64,000 nucleotides of DNA. It comes from Tubulanus polymorphus (taxonomy: Eukaryota > Animalia > Nemertea). The notes under the pieces are model-generated. The model had not been told where the DNA came from, searched no databases, and saw nothing but the letters and a program-made list of their open reading frames with translations. The translations under genes and the position numbers were made by a program. The first letter of the stretch is position 1. Each line of letters opens with the position of its first letter. This document shows, in pieces, positions 37,893-51,100 of this stretch. The stretch spans positions 22,592,560 through 22,656,559 of the forward strand of contig NC_134027.1 of NCBI RefSeq assembly GCF_964204645.1. Direction: 5' to 3'.

Positions 37893-39388
37893 GGCCGACA
37901 TAATCATATCGACTATACGCCGATATCTATTAGAGATCATTCTGAATTGTTTTGGTTGAAATATCAGCTGTCATTTTGTCTCTACGAAACTACAATTATT
38001 TTGTTTGTGTTATGTTAACAGGATGTTGGCCGTTCAAAAATATTGTTTGCAGTAACGCCGAGGAAACGAAGTAAAACGCCCTAATTCTTTCGGTGCTTTC
38101 TTTTCCAAGATAAATCGAAATCGTTTCGCTAGAAAGAATGTTAGACACAATTTATTGAGGTTACGTAAAATGTTTCTAATTCCAAGTCGAAGATTAAGAC
38201 CAAAAACTCGATTTCTCCGAAGAAAAGCGGACGTGGTTCAATTTTGTCGTCTTGTATCGTGAAGGAAAATCAAGGGATGGCCGGATGACGTTGTAGCCTA
38301 TTGTAACACCGTACCTTTTCGACGTATACCACCACCAACATTCAAACGCTGAATTGACAAGATCGGCTCTTCGTTCATTTGACATGTCATTCTAGCCAGT
38401 CTGTGTTTTTTTTTTAGCAAAGAATCCATCATACAAATGTACATTCAAGCACCAATGCCATCTTCAGGAATCAAGTGGTTAATCAGCAACCAACAAAGTA
38501 CATGTACCATACTCCAAGTCAGGACAAGTCAGCGTTTAGAATATATTATCTATCAGTATCGTTTAATGCTTCCAGCATCATTCTCACCACTGCAATTCCA
38601 GCGGCGGATCCAGGGGATACACAGGGTGGTCGTGCACCTTCCCCTCGAGAGATTGACCTTTTCGTGTGAAAGAAGAAAAAACAACCATTGATGTCCAATA
38701 TTCATTGCCCTTTATTCCATTTATTCATATATTTCATGATTGACCAATCACAGAGCAAATTTTTTACACAGATACTGATCAAGGTCACCACTCTAGGGAC
38801 GGTTGCTCAAAAGTAGACTAAATTCTTATCAATTCATACGAGCTTTTAACTGAAATTAAATCTACTTTTCAGCAATCGGCACCTGAACTCGTACCCAACA
38901 TCAAATCGAATATTCATCAAGCGATATAAAACTTTCGGTCTAGATTCCCGGGAAAGTTAAAAAGACAACCGATTCAACTTCGCCTCTCATCGGTTTAAAA
39001 GAATTCTACTACGACAAAGTAAAGATACATACATCGCAACTAAAGTCTAAATAAAAGTCGATTTGAAAAAAACCCAGTTTTCTTATCGTATGAAACCGGG
39101 CTCGGTATGATATAAAAAGTCCCTCCATAGTTTGTATATAGTATCGTCTAGGTGATTATACATACGTGGTATATACGTCTCTAATATTGAGTCAACAGTT
39201 TCTCTAAAAAGTAATATACAAAAAAAATGAACATCAGATTGTTTCTAACTACGAAACGACTAAATACAACATAAAATGGGTTCATATATTCGCTGAACGT
39301 GCGTAAAATGCAACGTATTATTTTTTGATTTTTCTCGACATATTACACGACTAATACGTACATAGATACAAAATAGAATACAAAATCC

Positions 39389-39394
39389 CAGCAG

Positions 39395-39440
<46 letters not shown>
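39389..39440. repeat. (CAG)n microsatellite
   Basis: About 17 units; much shorter in the duplicate at about 49577-49595. Confidence 0.95.
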
Positions 39441-39521
39441 TCTCAACTTCCGTGTTCAGAGCATTTTATCAATCCGCTGGCTGGAAGCACCTCCGATAGC
39501 CCGGGCTGTTAGGTTGCCGCA

Positions 39522-41643
39522 TATGGGCGGCCATTCCCGCCAAAAATCAGCGTTTCGTCTATTTGTCTGTACTTTGTCAAAATGTCATAGTTCACCGCCA
39601 AAATGTGTAAGCGTAACGTCAAATTGTGTAATGCGGCTAAATAACACAGGGGGCAACACTGTACGGACAGTATTTCGCGGTATTTTTCTCGCTTTGCGAT
39701 CATCTCAAGGTCGTCTCATTGAAATAATTTTGCGAGTATCAAATCGACAAATCGTATCATATTCCCTAACCCATGGAATACCTCAAGGGCCATACGACTT
39801 ACGAGTTACGTTTTACGACTTACGAGTTACTAATACATTTCCTACAATACGTTACGACTTACGTTTTACGACTTGCGTTTTACGAAATACACGTTTTTCA
39901 CTAATTGGCTTCGGATATCCGAAGCGCGCTAAATTCAAAGAACGGGTTTCAAAATGAAGTCGAATTGTCATTTCAAACAGCATAATAAGAGTAATTTATT
40001 GTACATAGTGAATCAATCTCGACTGCAGTGGGCTATTACAGGGCAGAAAATCTGCGCGTTGGCCATCTGCTGTGCGAACCTTCTCAAAATCTATTAAATG
40101 CTTTCACACTGACTGATGACTGTCCCGTTACGTGCACGATGATTTTAATAGACGATATTTCAATATGTAGATCTTAGCTGGAAATGATTTTAATAATTAG
40201 AACAAGATTCATCAATATAGAAAAAATGTATTTATTTTTTGAAAACACTAGGCCGCATACAGCCATCCATCATCGTTACAGTTATTCGTCTAATAATTAC
40301 ACCCACACAGTGAAATGCCTACCACGTGGCCACTGTCCTTGAACTCTTGCGAACCGAAACTCCAACACTTAACTCGTAAATCGTAACTCGTAATTCGTTG
40401 AACGTATTTAAGTTGTAATTCGTAACTCATAAAACGGAAGTCGTAACGAATATTCAAGGAAATGTATAAGTAACTCGTAAAACGTAACTCGTAAGTCGTA
40501 AAACGTAACTCGTAAGTCGTATGGCCCTTGAGGTATTCCATACTATTAACCCCAATAAAATGAATTTATTATTACTTTTATTAGTTAACTCGGAACTCAT
40601 GAACTCAAGACGTCGTCTCAGGTATGGAGGCCCTGTATGGAAGCCCTGAGACGACACCTTGGGTTCATGAGTTCCCCAGTTCATAACTTCCAGAGTTTAT
40701 GATATTTCGAGTTTATTTGGGCATGTACAACACTATGAAATTATGCGACATAAAGAATCCTATTATAAGGATGTTAAATCCGATTACGTCATGAATTAAC
40801 TAAAAAATGATGTCCCGCATCAACCAAGACTGGTTGACTGTGCCCAATTCTGCACTGGCAGTCATATGAAGTCGACCGGCAACCAGTCTATCATCAGACA
40901 TCAGCTTTCTTGATGGTTTATAGAAAATAAATAGATATTTAAAAATTTCTCATAACGAGCGTTTGTTATCTTTTTCATCATTAAAACCCGAGCAGATTCA
41001 TCGAGAGTCACCGGTTATTCGGAGTCACCCTTCTCTCTAGCCCGAGCACAGAAAATCCGAGCTACCTACCAGAGGAGGAACGGAAGCGCCCTTCAACATA
41101 CCATTGATCGCTGGTTATTCAGTATCGTCTAAGCCTGAGACGCGGGTCTTTGATAGAGCATCGTGTTTACATTCGACGTTTCGGTATCGCAGGCTTTTTT
41201 CATTAGACGAACTCATGAACTTGAGAACTCAGGAAGTTATGAACTTGGAACTCATGAACTCAAGATGTCATCTCAGGGCTTCCATAGGTTTACGGCAAAG
41301 TATTTACTTCCGCTATTTTACCGTACATTATTACTATATATTATAGTATTAACTAACTAAAGTAACAATAAAATCATTTTTTTGGGTTTAGGTAATATGA
41401 TACGATTTGTCGATTTGATACGAGCAAAATTATTTCAATAAAACGATCTTGATATGATCGCAATGCGAGAAAAATACCGCAAAATACTGTCCGTACAGTT
41501 TCGCCCCCCCCCCCCCTGTGTTATTTAGCCGCATTACACAATTTGACGTTACGCTAACACATTTTGACGGTGTACTATGACATTTTGTCAAAGTACAGAC
41601 AAATAGACGAAACGCTGATTTTTGGCGGGAATGGCCGCCCATA
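39522..41643. mobile_element. 2.1-kb non-autonomous DNA transposon, IS3EU-like, with nested element
   Basis: TIRs longer than 240 bp, TATGGGCGGCCATTCCCGCC.../...GGCGGGAATGGCCGCCCATA; 6-bp TSD GCCGCA; absent from the duplicate at about 49665. Confidence 0.88.
39772..40542. mobile_element. Nested TIR element with TTACGA-type subterminal repeats
   Basis: ATGGAATACCTCAAGGGCCATACGACTTACGAG... / ...CTCGTAAGTCGTATGGCCCTTGAGGTATTCCATA; interrupts the left TIR of the host element. Confidence 0.8.
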
Positions 41644-44600
41644 GCCGCACACATGCTACGGGTTCCTCTTTTGATACAATATGGACATATAAACTAGATA
41701 CGTCCATGGATACATCGCAAATCTTAAGCCGTCAATTTTGTCGAACATCAAAATCATTCAACCATTCCATTCTATCTTTTTTCTTCAAATGAATTAAGTA
41801 TCGTTGCCATGAATTTTGGATTGTGTATTTTGGCAGCTGTGTCAAGCTGGAACTGATATCCCAGTTGCTAAAAAGTTGGTTAAAGTAACCGTTTGGTAAG
41901 TAAAGTACGCACAGTAAAATTACAGTTTTGTCAGCTCCTCAGAAATTGAGCAACTGACCCTCACTCGTCATATAACGTCGGCCCAAGTCTACACCATCGA
42001 TGCAAAAAAGGAAAAAAACTATATCATATACAAGTGAGGCCTCTATATAACAAGACTCTAGTCAATTCGTCAATTATTCTTTTGACACTTTTCACTGAGG
42101 TTAGACATGACATATCATTTGTATCAGATTTAAATATTATGCTATAATGGTACATACCGGAACTACAAAATTCATCTAGACGTAATGCATTTTAGGTCAG
42201 AACTTTCGTACTATTTTTCCACTGACTAATCTCAATTGCAAAACTATCAGCTACAAGCCTCGCTAGTTAGCAGATACTCTGACAAGCAGTTTCGTGTTAA
42301 ATTTGAACTGATGCAGGCGTCAATCTGCTTCTGGACTGCCTGGATTTCACCAGGGACGTTTTCAATTGAAAATGATCTACAAACACCAGACATTCATTGT
42401 ATTTCGTACTGGCCTCAAACTTCGGAACAATGTAAACATTTCAATACAAGTCGCCATTTTTGTTTATGTAGTATATTTGGCACTTTCGTGTTATTGATCG
42501 ACTTTTTTCGAATCAAGGCATAGACCCTTCCAGAAGAGCTGGCTGCCGTCATAAATCCCTGATGGCATCGTGAGCCTCGGCCATGTTCTTCCCTCGCTGG
42601 GATTTTGTGTCTGGGAAATTAAACACACAACTGTGGAAATGGGTGCAATTTAACCTAATCAACTGTAGAGCCGGGTCCAGAGTCAACAAAACTGAAAAAA
42701 CTATGCGAAAACCGACCATAACTGCACCCCATAAGTATGCGCAAAACTTTTCGACAGTATGGTGGCACCAATTCCATTGTACAGTTGTGAAAATTGGATA
42801 GTTGGGAAATTGTGAAGATTGGAAAATTACGTCCCATTAAACGCCTTCTGAATTTCAAAAAGATGTCTTCAATATTGAATTAGCATTTGAAAAAGATGAC
42901 CACAGCAGAAACCGTGTATCTCTGTGCTCTGTGTGTTTCACGTCGAGGAACAATGGCTGTACTAGGTGAACTTGGCAATATCCACTCAGAAGACTCTTGA
43001 AATCCTGGCATACTGGCATACCAAAAACAGGAAAAACTAGTATACCATTCTATGCAAGAGTTAATCCACTCCAACTATAGTTGGTATAGCTTCCTCACAA
43101 AACCTGTTGGTATCCTAAATCATTCGCAATATCTTTTACCCGAACGAAACATACATTACAAGAGAGATTTAAACATTTTGGCACAAATAGATATCTAATT
43201 CGCCTCAAAAGTAGACTGCTATACAATTCTAAATCCTGAATTTACCATTGCGCCATTCTTGATGGGGTTTACGCTACCAAAACAATATAGAATCAAAATC
43301 TGCAAATTTCGTATAGGTAATCATTTTTTATACTGAGGAAGATAAACTTACAGCACACCATGAGAGAATAGATTGTGCCAATCCTGTAATTCCATTTGAA
43401 AATGAGTTTCATTTGTAATAGAGTGCTTAGGACAAAATTATATATGATTTGAACAGAGCTGTTAGTTACATGCCCAGATGCTCCAAATTGGGACGACCAA
43501 GCAAAATTCAAAATCCTAGACTTACTGATAAAAACCTATACCTAAAGGTTTTGAAATTCTTAACTCTAACTCGACCTGGTAGGGTGTATTTATTACAATA
43601 AAGAGATTATTGAATTGAATTGTGAAGCGCATACTTGATTTGTTTAAACATCTACTCTAGCTACGTGTATATTGTGAATCTAGTGAGAAAATGGAGGTAG
43701 GTCTTCCTGCGTATATTCAAACTTGTCTACACTCCTGCTGTAAACACGAAATAATGTTTTTCAAAAACCAGCAATTAGCGTGTAGCCTATACGCATTGTT
43801 TCTGGCATCCTCCCAATAGGCAGGCATTCGAACACGTTGGCGTTTGCATAACGCTTATTGTACCAGCTGTATTCCCATCAACAGAATTGCAGCTCGCTGA
43901 ATATTGTTCGAGGTGTCAAATTGGCTGTTTCGCACTCTTCATCGTCACATGAACAAATAGAAAACCAACCTATAAGTGCGCTTGGCACACACATGCATTG
44001 ATGCTGGCAACTACATATATCAAGTATATCAGTCCCATCCTGCACCCTTAACCGGGAACACGCTGGAGACGAGTAAACCCACACAACATCGTGAAACTTT
44101 AAAGTCCGCATCAGAAGAAGGTAAGTGGAAATAAGTACAGTTTATGTAGCGCTAACGGCATTTTTAGTAGAATCAAAGCTTCTGATATATTAGGTTCAAC
44201 AGAATAGGAATATGTGAATATTTCTTTCAGTCCGCAACATAACTTTTCCGACAGTTTTTTCTTTTTTTGATCGGATGCCTATTATATAGTGTATATTTTG
44301 CCAATGCGGCATTATTTTAGTAAACGCTATTTTGCCAATGGCTATATTTAATAAGATATACTAATAAAATATAACAATAAAATCATTATATCGGGTTTAG
44401 GGTAAGGGTTTCGAAAGGGTTAGGGTCTAGAGGGTCCTGAGGGTTAGGATTAGAGAACCTACTGATGGTTTCCAGTGAGCTCGATGGTTTAGTGGAAAGA
44501 CGTTAGACTAGCAATCTGCCTCTGTTCACACTTACCTTTTAAATTTTTAAGTCGCACATCTCAGTACGCATGCGCGGCGTCAATTAGCCAATCAGAACGC

Positions 44601-45484
44601 GCCATTGGCAAAATAGCGTTAACATGAATAATGCCGCATTGGCAAAATATCACCTGCCTATTTGGTAACGCAGCTCTATAGATGACGTAGTATGACTTAA
44701 ACATAATACAGAAGCTTTTTCTGGAAATGATAGCCCCCATCAAGCATACTGATGTCATTTTTAATTGGACTGCATCTCACGTATATAGTATAGACATTAT
44801 TGGGACGTGTTTCTGATTCCTTTTTATCAACTATTTGGAGCTTTTATTTGATTTTTTGAATTGGAAGAAACCCCAAGGCCGACCACAGTCCACCTGGTTG
44901 ACGATAATCTGTGAAGACCTAGCCTTTGTGGATATAGAACTTGATTTTAAATTAACGCCAAGCGAAACATTAACTTTCCTGAAGGAACTAACTGTAGACC
45001 GCGATAATTGGGGGTCACTTGTACATCACATCGTGACGTAGCGGCGTTGGTGATGTCATAGAAGAAAGATTGGATTGTTTCAAGAAAATAGGAGAGCGAA
45101 GAACAAAAATGAAAAATAAAACATTTTTATAAAAGGCGTTTTTAAGATAAAATGCGTTTATGGAAGGGAGCATGGAGAAATGAAAACAAGAAACGGGTAT
45201 CTTCCACATAAATGTCGAAAGGACTGCAGAAACAGATAAAAAAGAGTTGAGATTGTGACGTATTTGATTCAAAAGATTGGAGAATTAATGAAGAAAGAAA
45301 ACTAACTTCGAGCAAATCACTAGATTGAAAATTAGAGTGGTCGTAACTAAAAACAATTGTTTCTTTATTTGATTATTTATGCAGAATTTCAGGAGGCGGA
45401 TCCGTGCTCCAAGCAATTAGCCTAGCGTATAACTAAGGCGATAATCATATGTATATTTCTAAATCCATTTTTTTCAGACCCAAA

Positions 45485-45808
45485 ATGTTGAGTAAGTATC
45501 TAATCTAAGTACAGGTATCTAATTGGGTAAGAATCGTAAATTGCTCGTAATTCTGCTCTTCACACTTCTTTCGTTTGTTCCAAATTCAATTTAGCTGTTA
45601 TCTGGAATATGTTTTTTTTACTTTTGTTTATTTTATTTTCTTTTAATTTGTTTAAGGTCAACTGATTATATTGGCGCTTCTGTTTTGCGCTATCTTTGCG
45701 TCGGTCTTGACTGTGGCTGAAGCCGCTGAAGAACAGGACAAAGTTAGAAGCAGATTGCGTAGATGGGGCAATTGGAGCCCGCCGAAAGTATTTAACTCAT
45801 GGGGATAA
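45485..45808 (+). CDS. Secreted prepro-peptide, 52 aa; predicted mature WGNWSPPKVFNSW-amide
   Basis: Exon 45485-45491 plus exon 45657-45808 gives MLSQLIILALLFCAIFASVLTVAEAAEEQDKVRSRLRR-WGNWSPPKVFNSWG*. Confidence 0.88.
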
Positions 45809-46412
45809 GGCCGACATAATCATATCGACTATACGCCGATATCTATTAGAGATCATTCTGAATTGTTTTGGTTAAAATATCAGCTGTCATTTTGTCTCTA
45901 CAAAACTACAATTATTTTGTTTGTGTTATGTTAACAGGATGTTGGCCGTTCAAAAATATTGTTTGCTGTAATGCCGAGGAAACGAAGTAAAACGCCCTAA
46001 TTCTTTCGGTGCTTTCTTTTCCAAGATAAATCGAAATCGTTTCTCTAGAAAGAATGTTAGACACAATTTATTGAGGTTACGTAAAATGTTCCTAATTCCA
46101 AGTCGAAGATTAAGACCAAAAACTCGATTTTTCCGAAGAAAATCAAGGAATGGCCGGTTCGACGTATACCACCACCAAGATTCAAACGCTGAATTGACAA
46201 GATCGGCTCTTCGTTCATTTGACATGTCATTCTAGCCAGTCTTAATTTTTTAGCAAAGAATCCATCATACAAATGTACATTCAAGCCCCAATGCCATCTT
46301 CAGGAATCAAGTGATTAATCAGCAACCAACCAAGTACCATACTCCAATGACAAGTCAGCGTTTAGAATATATTATCTATCAGTATTGTTTAACGCTTCCA
46401 GCATCTTTCCAC

Positions 46413-47807
46413 TTTTTTTTAGTACAAACTAATTTCATTAAACAAGTCAATGATATACAAAATAAATACATGCTAAGGTCCAGAGGACATTACAAGCAAT
46501 TACAATTATAATTGAAGTGACATTTGACGGTGACCAAAAATTAATAAATGCACGTAAACTGATAATACACTAAAGGATGATAATATTAATAGTAATGATA
46601 GTAGCAATGAGTTGTCACAATAAAAGTAATAATAATGATAAATAATAACGCAAAATGATAATAGATAATAGTAAATGATAATAATAATGATAGTAATAAT
46701 AATAATAATGATAATGATGATTATCGTCATCAGTTAGAGATTCTTTGGTTTCTAGAAATGAATTTAGCCACAAGACAGATTACTGTCGAGTTTAAATCAT
46801 AGTTATAAATGGAATTTCCAAAAAGTAGGAATTCGAATTTATTCAACACGTTTAATCTATTGAAATACGGAAGTATACTTCCGTATAGAAGTAGGAAATG
46901 TGTTGTCAGTAGGTGCAGTCAGGATCACTTACACCAACGAAATTATGTGAATAGAAATGAGATCTCAGGAAGAGGTCTACACGCAGACGATTTAAGCAGA
47001 TTTCTTCATTTCGATTGAGGTTGTTTATTATGGTTGAACTAAGAACATTGGAGTGGTATTTATTAAAGCAGGTTCTAGATTTGAAAAGGGAAAATGAATC
47101 GCAGTTTTGAAGCTCAGGTGTAACATTATTCCATTATTCCATAAGTTGAACAATGGGTGATCGCCTCATAAATGAAGAATAAGATGCTGGGATTCTAAAA
47201 GGTCGCTGCGTTCTAAGAGCACGAGGTTGGTTGCTGGCCACGTTATGGAAATTTATGAAGATTGAATTTACATATGGTGGGACAAATCGGTTTTTTACTT
47301 TAAACATATACAGCAATTGACGCTCTTTACGCCTGGCGGCTAGAGTTTGCCAGTTCAAAATTTGCAGGACCTTATTAGTGTTTGAGCCGTGGATACAACC
47401 GGAGACAAGGATCGCAGCTCTGTAGTGAATCCTCTCCAGTTTGTTTAGATTAGAAGTAGAGGCCCCCTGGTAGATGATATCACAGTATTCAAAGTGAGGA
47501 GTTATAAAAGATTTATAGATTAATTCTAGATGACAAGATCTAAGTTTTCGGCTTAGCAATTTCAGTGGATTTAGGAGTTTTTGGGTTTTAGTAACCAGAC
47601 GTACGATGTGTTCATGAAAATTAAGGTTTTGATCAAGAATAAGGCCTAGGTGTTTGTGAGATTGTTTTGTAGGGATTATTTCCCCGTCGAAGGTGAGATT
47701 AGTGTAGTTTGCAGTACCACGTTTCGTAAAGTTGATATTGCAACATTTGGAAGGTTTGAATTGGAGCCGCCAGATTTTGGCCCAAGATTCAATCTCATCT
47801 TCTTTCT
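46413..47807 (-). mobile_element. 5'-truncated CR1/L2-group LINE insertion
   Basis: ORF 47134..47559 LIYKSFITPHFEYCDIIY..LERIHYRAA..LNWQTLAARR (post-RT region); (ATT)n 3' UTR tract and poly-A; TSD-like CTTTCCACT; absent from copy 1 of the duplication. Confidence 0.85.
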
Positions 47808-47824
47808 TCTTTCCACTGCAATTC

Positions 47825-48129
47825 CAGCGGCGGATCCAGGGGATACACAGGGTGCACGTGCACCTTCCCCTCGAGGGCTGACCTTTTCGTGTGAAAGAAG
47901 AAAAAGCAAAATTTCGCCTAAGTTTTGTCGTTGTCGTTTACCGACGCTTTACTCGGCATAACCGATGTTCATTGCTGCGTTTGGTTAAATGACTGGATTG
48001 GTTCCGGGCCAGACGTACTCATATCGTGCCTAGAACGCGTCTAGTGCTGGAACAAACAATTTTGGGGAGGACCTTCAGACCCCTATCCCAATTTGTGCAC
48101 CCCTCCCTGAAATCCTGGATCCGCGGCTG
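47825..48129. mobile_element. hAT-like MITE with 5-bp TSD
   Basis: CAGCGGCGGATCCAGG...CCTGGATCCGCGGCTG flanked by AATTC; truncated duplicate at 38599-38680. Confidence 0.75.
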
Positions 48130-51100
48130 AATTCTCCACCAGTTGAGCTCGTTCTGACTTCAATTGTATAAAAACCTATAATCATTAACAATCTCATTAA
48201 CTTCATATTCTCAGAAAGCGAAAGAGGTGTACGCATTGCGAGCTAGAAACTGTTCGTACCACTTCCAGTCGTATGATCTCCATTTTGACCGGTCTTTGAA
48301 GTTGGTGACGTACTACCTCGTCCAGCGTTATGTTCCCTGCGAGTTCTACTTTCCGTTTCCCATCTCAAAACCGTACAGAGAGTGGCGGGGTAGGTCTCTT
48401 AAATCAAGCGTACGGTACCTACGTACTTTATTCACGACCCCGCATGTGGTTTCGTTTGAGAGACTTAAACTAGTTTTATATAAACTATGCACGTCTTTTA
48501 TAAACAACGATGGCCGCAAGTGTCGCCATCTATATTCTGACCGGAACAGTGTGGGCTGCAGATGTGTCCGGGGTAGTTTGTATAAACGATATATAACAGA
48601 AAATCCACCGAAGCGTATTCGAAAGAACTGGATTCCGTCTGAACTGACGAAAGGACGGACGGGGACTTAAGACGTGTCGGCAAAATGCATTCTATCTGCT
48701 GATGCTCCATTGTAAATGTTCTCGTCCTCGCTTGCAAGGGTTTGGTTGTCTGCTCGTAAATTGCTTCTATATCCTGCATAGTCCTCGATCGGGTTCAGGG
48801 TCAGCAGTCCGCTTGAAAAAAAACACGAATATCGATTTCATTTCTTCGCGAACAAAAAACAACCATTGATATCCGATATTTATTGCCCTTTATTTCATTT
48901 ATTCGTATATTTCATGATTGACCAAACACAGAGCAAATTTTTTACACAGATACTGATCAAGGTCACCACTCGTAGGGACGGTTGCTCAAAAGTAAACTAA
49001 ATTCTTATCAATTCAGACGAGCTTTTAACTGAAATTAAATCTACTTTTCAGCAATCGGCACCTGAACTCGTAACCAACATCAAATCGAATATTCATCAAA
49101 CGATATAAAACTTTCGGTCTAGATTCCCGGGAAAGTTAAAAAGACAACCGATTCAACTTCGCCTCTCATCGGTTTAAAAGAATTCTACTACGACAAAGTA
49201 AAGATACATACATAGCAACTAAAGTCTAAATAAAAGTCGATTTGAAAAAAAAAAACAGTTTTCTTATCGTGTGAAACCGGGCTCGGTATGATATAAAAAG
49301 TCCCTCCATAGTTTGTATATAGTATCGTCTAGGTGATTATACATACGTGGTATATACGTCTCTAATATTGTGTCTACAGTTTCTCTAAAAAGTAATATAC
49401 AAAAAAAAAAATGAACAACATCAGATTGTTTCTAACTACGAAACGACTACATACAACATAAAATAGGTTCATATATTCGCTGAACGCGCGTAAAATGCAA
49501 CATATTATTTTTTTTACTTTTCTCGACATATTACACGACTAATACGTACATAGATACAAAATAGAATACAAAATCCCAGCAGCAGCAGCTGCAGCTCTCA
49601 ACTTCCGTGTTGAGAGCATTTTATCAATCCGCTGGCTGGAAGCACCTCCCTTCCGATAGCCCGGGCCGCACACATACTACGGGTTTCGGTTTTGATACAA
49701 TATAGACATATAAACTAGATACGTCCATGGATACATCGCAAATCTTAAGCCGTCAATTTTGTCGAACGTGAAAATCATTCATCAATTTCATTCCAACATT
49801 TCATTTTATCTTTTTTTTTCAATTGAATTAATTATCGTTGCCATGAATTTTGGATTATGTATTTTGGCAGCTGTGTCAAGCTGGAACTGATATCCCAGTT
49901 CCTAAAAAGTTGGTTAAAGTAACCGTTTGGTAAGTAAAGTACGCACAGTAAAATTACAATTTTGTCAGCTCCTCAGAAATTGAGCGACTGACCCTCACTC
50001 ATCATATAACGTCGGCCGAAGTCTACACCATCGATGCAAAAAAGGGGTAAAAACAATACCATATACTAGTGAGGCCTCTATGTAACAAGACTATTCAATT
50101 CGGCAATTATTCTTTTGACACTTTTCACTGAGGTTAGACATGACATATCATTTGTATCAGATTTAAATATTATGCTATAATGGTACATACAAACTACAAA
50201 ATTCATCTAGACGCAATTCATTTTAGGTCAATTCATTTTAGCCATTTTTCGTACTATTTTTCCACTGAATAATCTCAATTGCCAAACTATCAGCTACAAG
50301 CCTCGCTAGTTAGCAGATACTCTGACAAGCGGTTTCGTGTTAAATGTGAACTGATGCAGGCGTCAATCAGCTGCCTGAACTACCTGGATTTCACCAGAGA
50401 CGTTTTCAATTGAAAATGATCTACAAACACCAGGCATTAGACATAATCAGTTAATTTTCAAGAAGTGATCATCCTAACTGTGATCAATAAATGTCTGCAA
50501 TCGGAGGTTCTTAGCCACAGATTGATACCTGCCAGAACGTCCATAGGAATTCTTATCCCCATGGGCAGGGTTTGTGTGCCATGTGTGTTGATAATATTGA
50601 GGTATACATGTTTCAACTGGCCTTACTACTTAATGGTGATATACTTCATAAATCCCCGATAATAATTATTGCGGTAATGACCGACAAATATGCAATAGAC
50701 TCTGCCTTACTTAGTAGCTAGCATCGGAACCGTTGATATTAAACGCAAAGTTACCCAGGATTGGAGGTGACGCTGCACCCCTGCTGACAACTAAAACCTT
50801 ATCACTGCTACTTGAATGCCTACACTTCACATGTGTTCGGGACTTCACCCGAGACATTTCTAAATGAACTATATGAAAAGCAGCAAAGACATTTAATCAG
50901 CACATTTTCAAAAAGCAATTGTCCAGACTTACAATTACAATGGAGAATGTTTGGAGGAGGTGGTTCCAGGCTGCAGATCGTTACTTGCAGGAGTAAAGAT
51001 GTTTCTACAATTTCTAAACGATCATTTTTACAATATTGGCAAAATTTAATTACAAAAGCACAGAGAACCAAATGCATCAATTTGATATTTCATAAACAAC

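Larger units (their letters stand above)
34781..42597 (+). repeat. Tandem segmental duplication, copy 1
   Basis: Colinear with 42742-51780 from CAAAACTTTTCGACAGT to CCATGTTCTTCCCTCGC; differs by TE insertions and deletions. Confidence 0.92.

Noticed and set aside
46506-46730. Poly-Ile membrane-protein ORFs (also 58941..59162)
   Set aside because: (ATT)n microsatellite translations.
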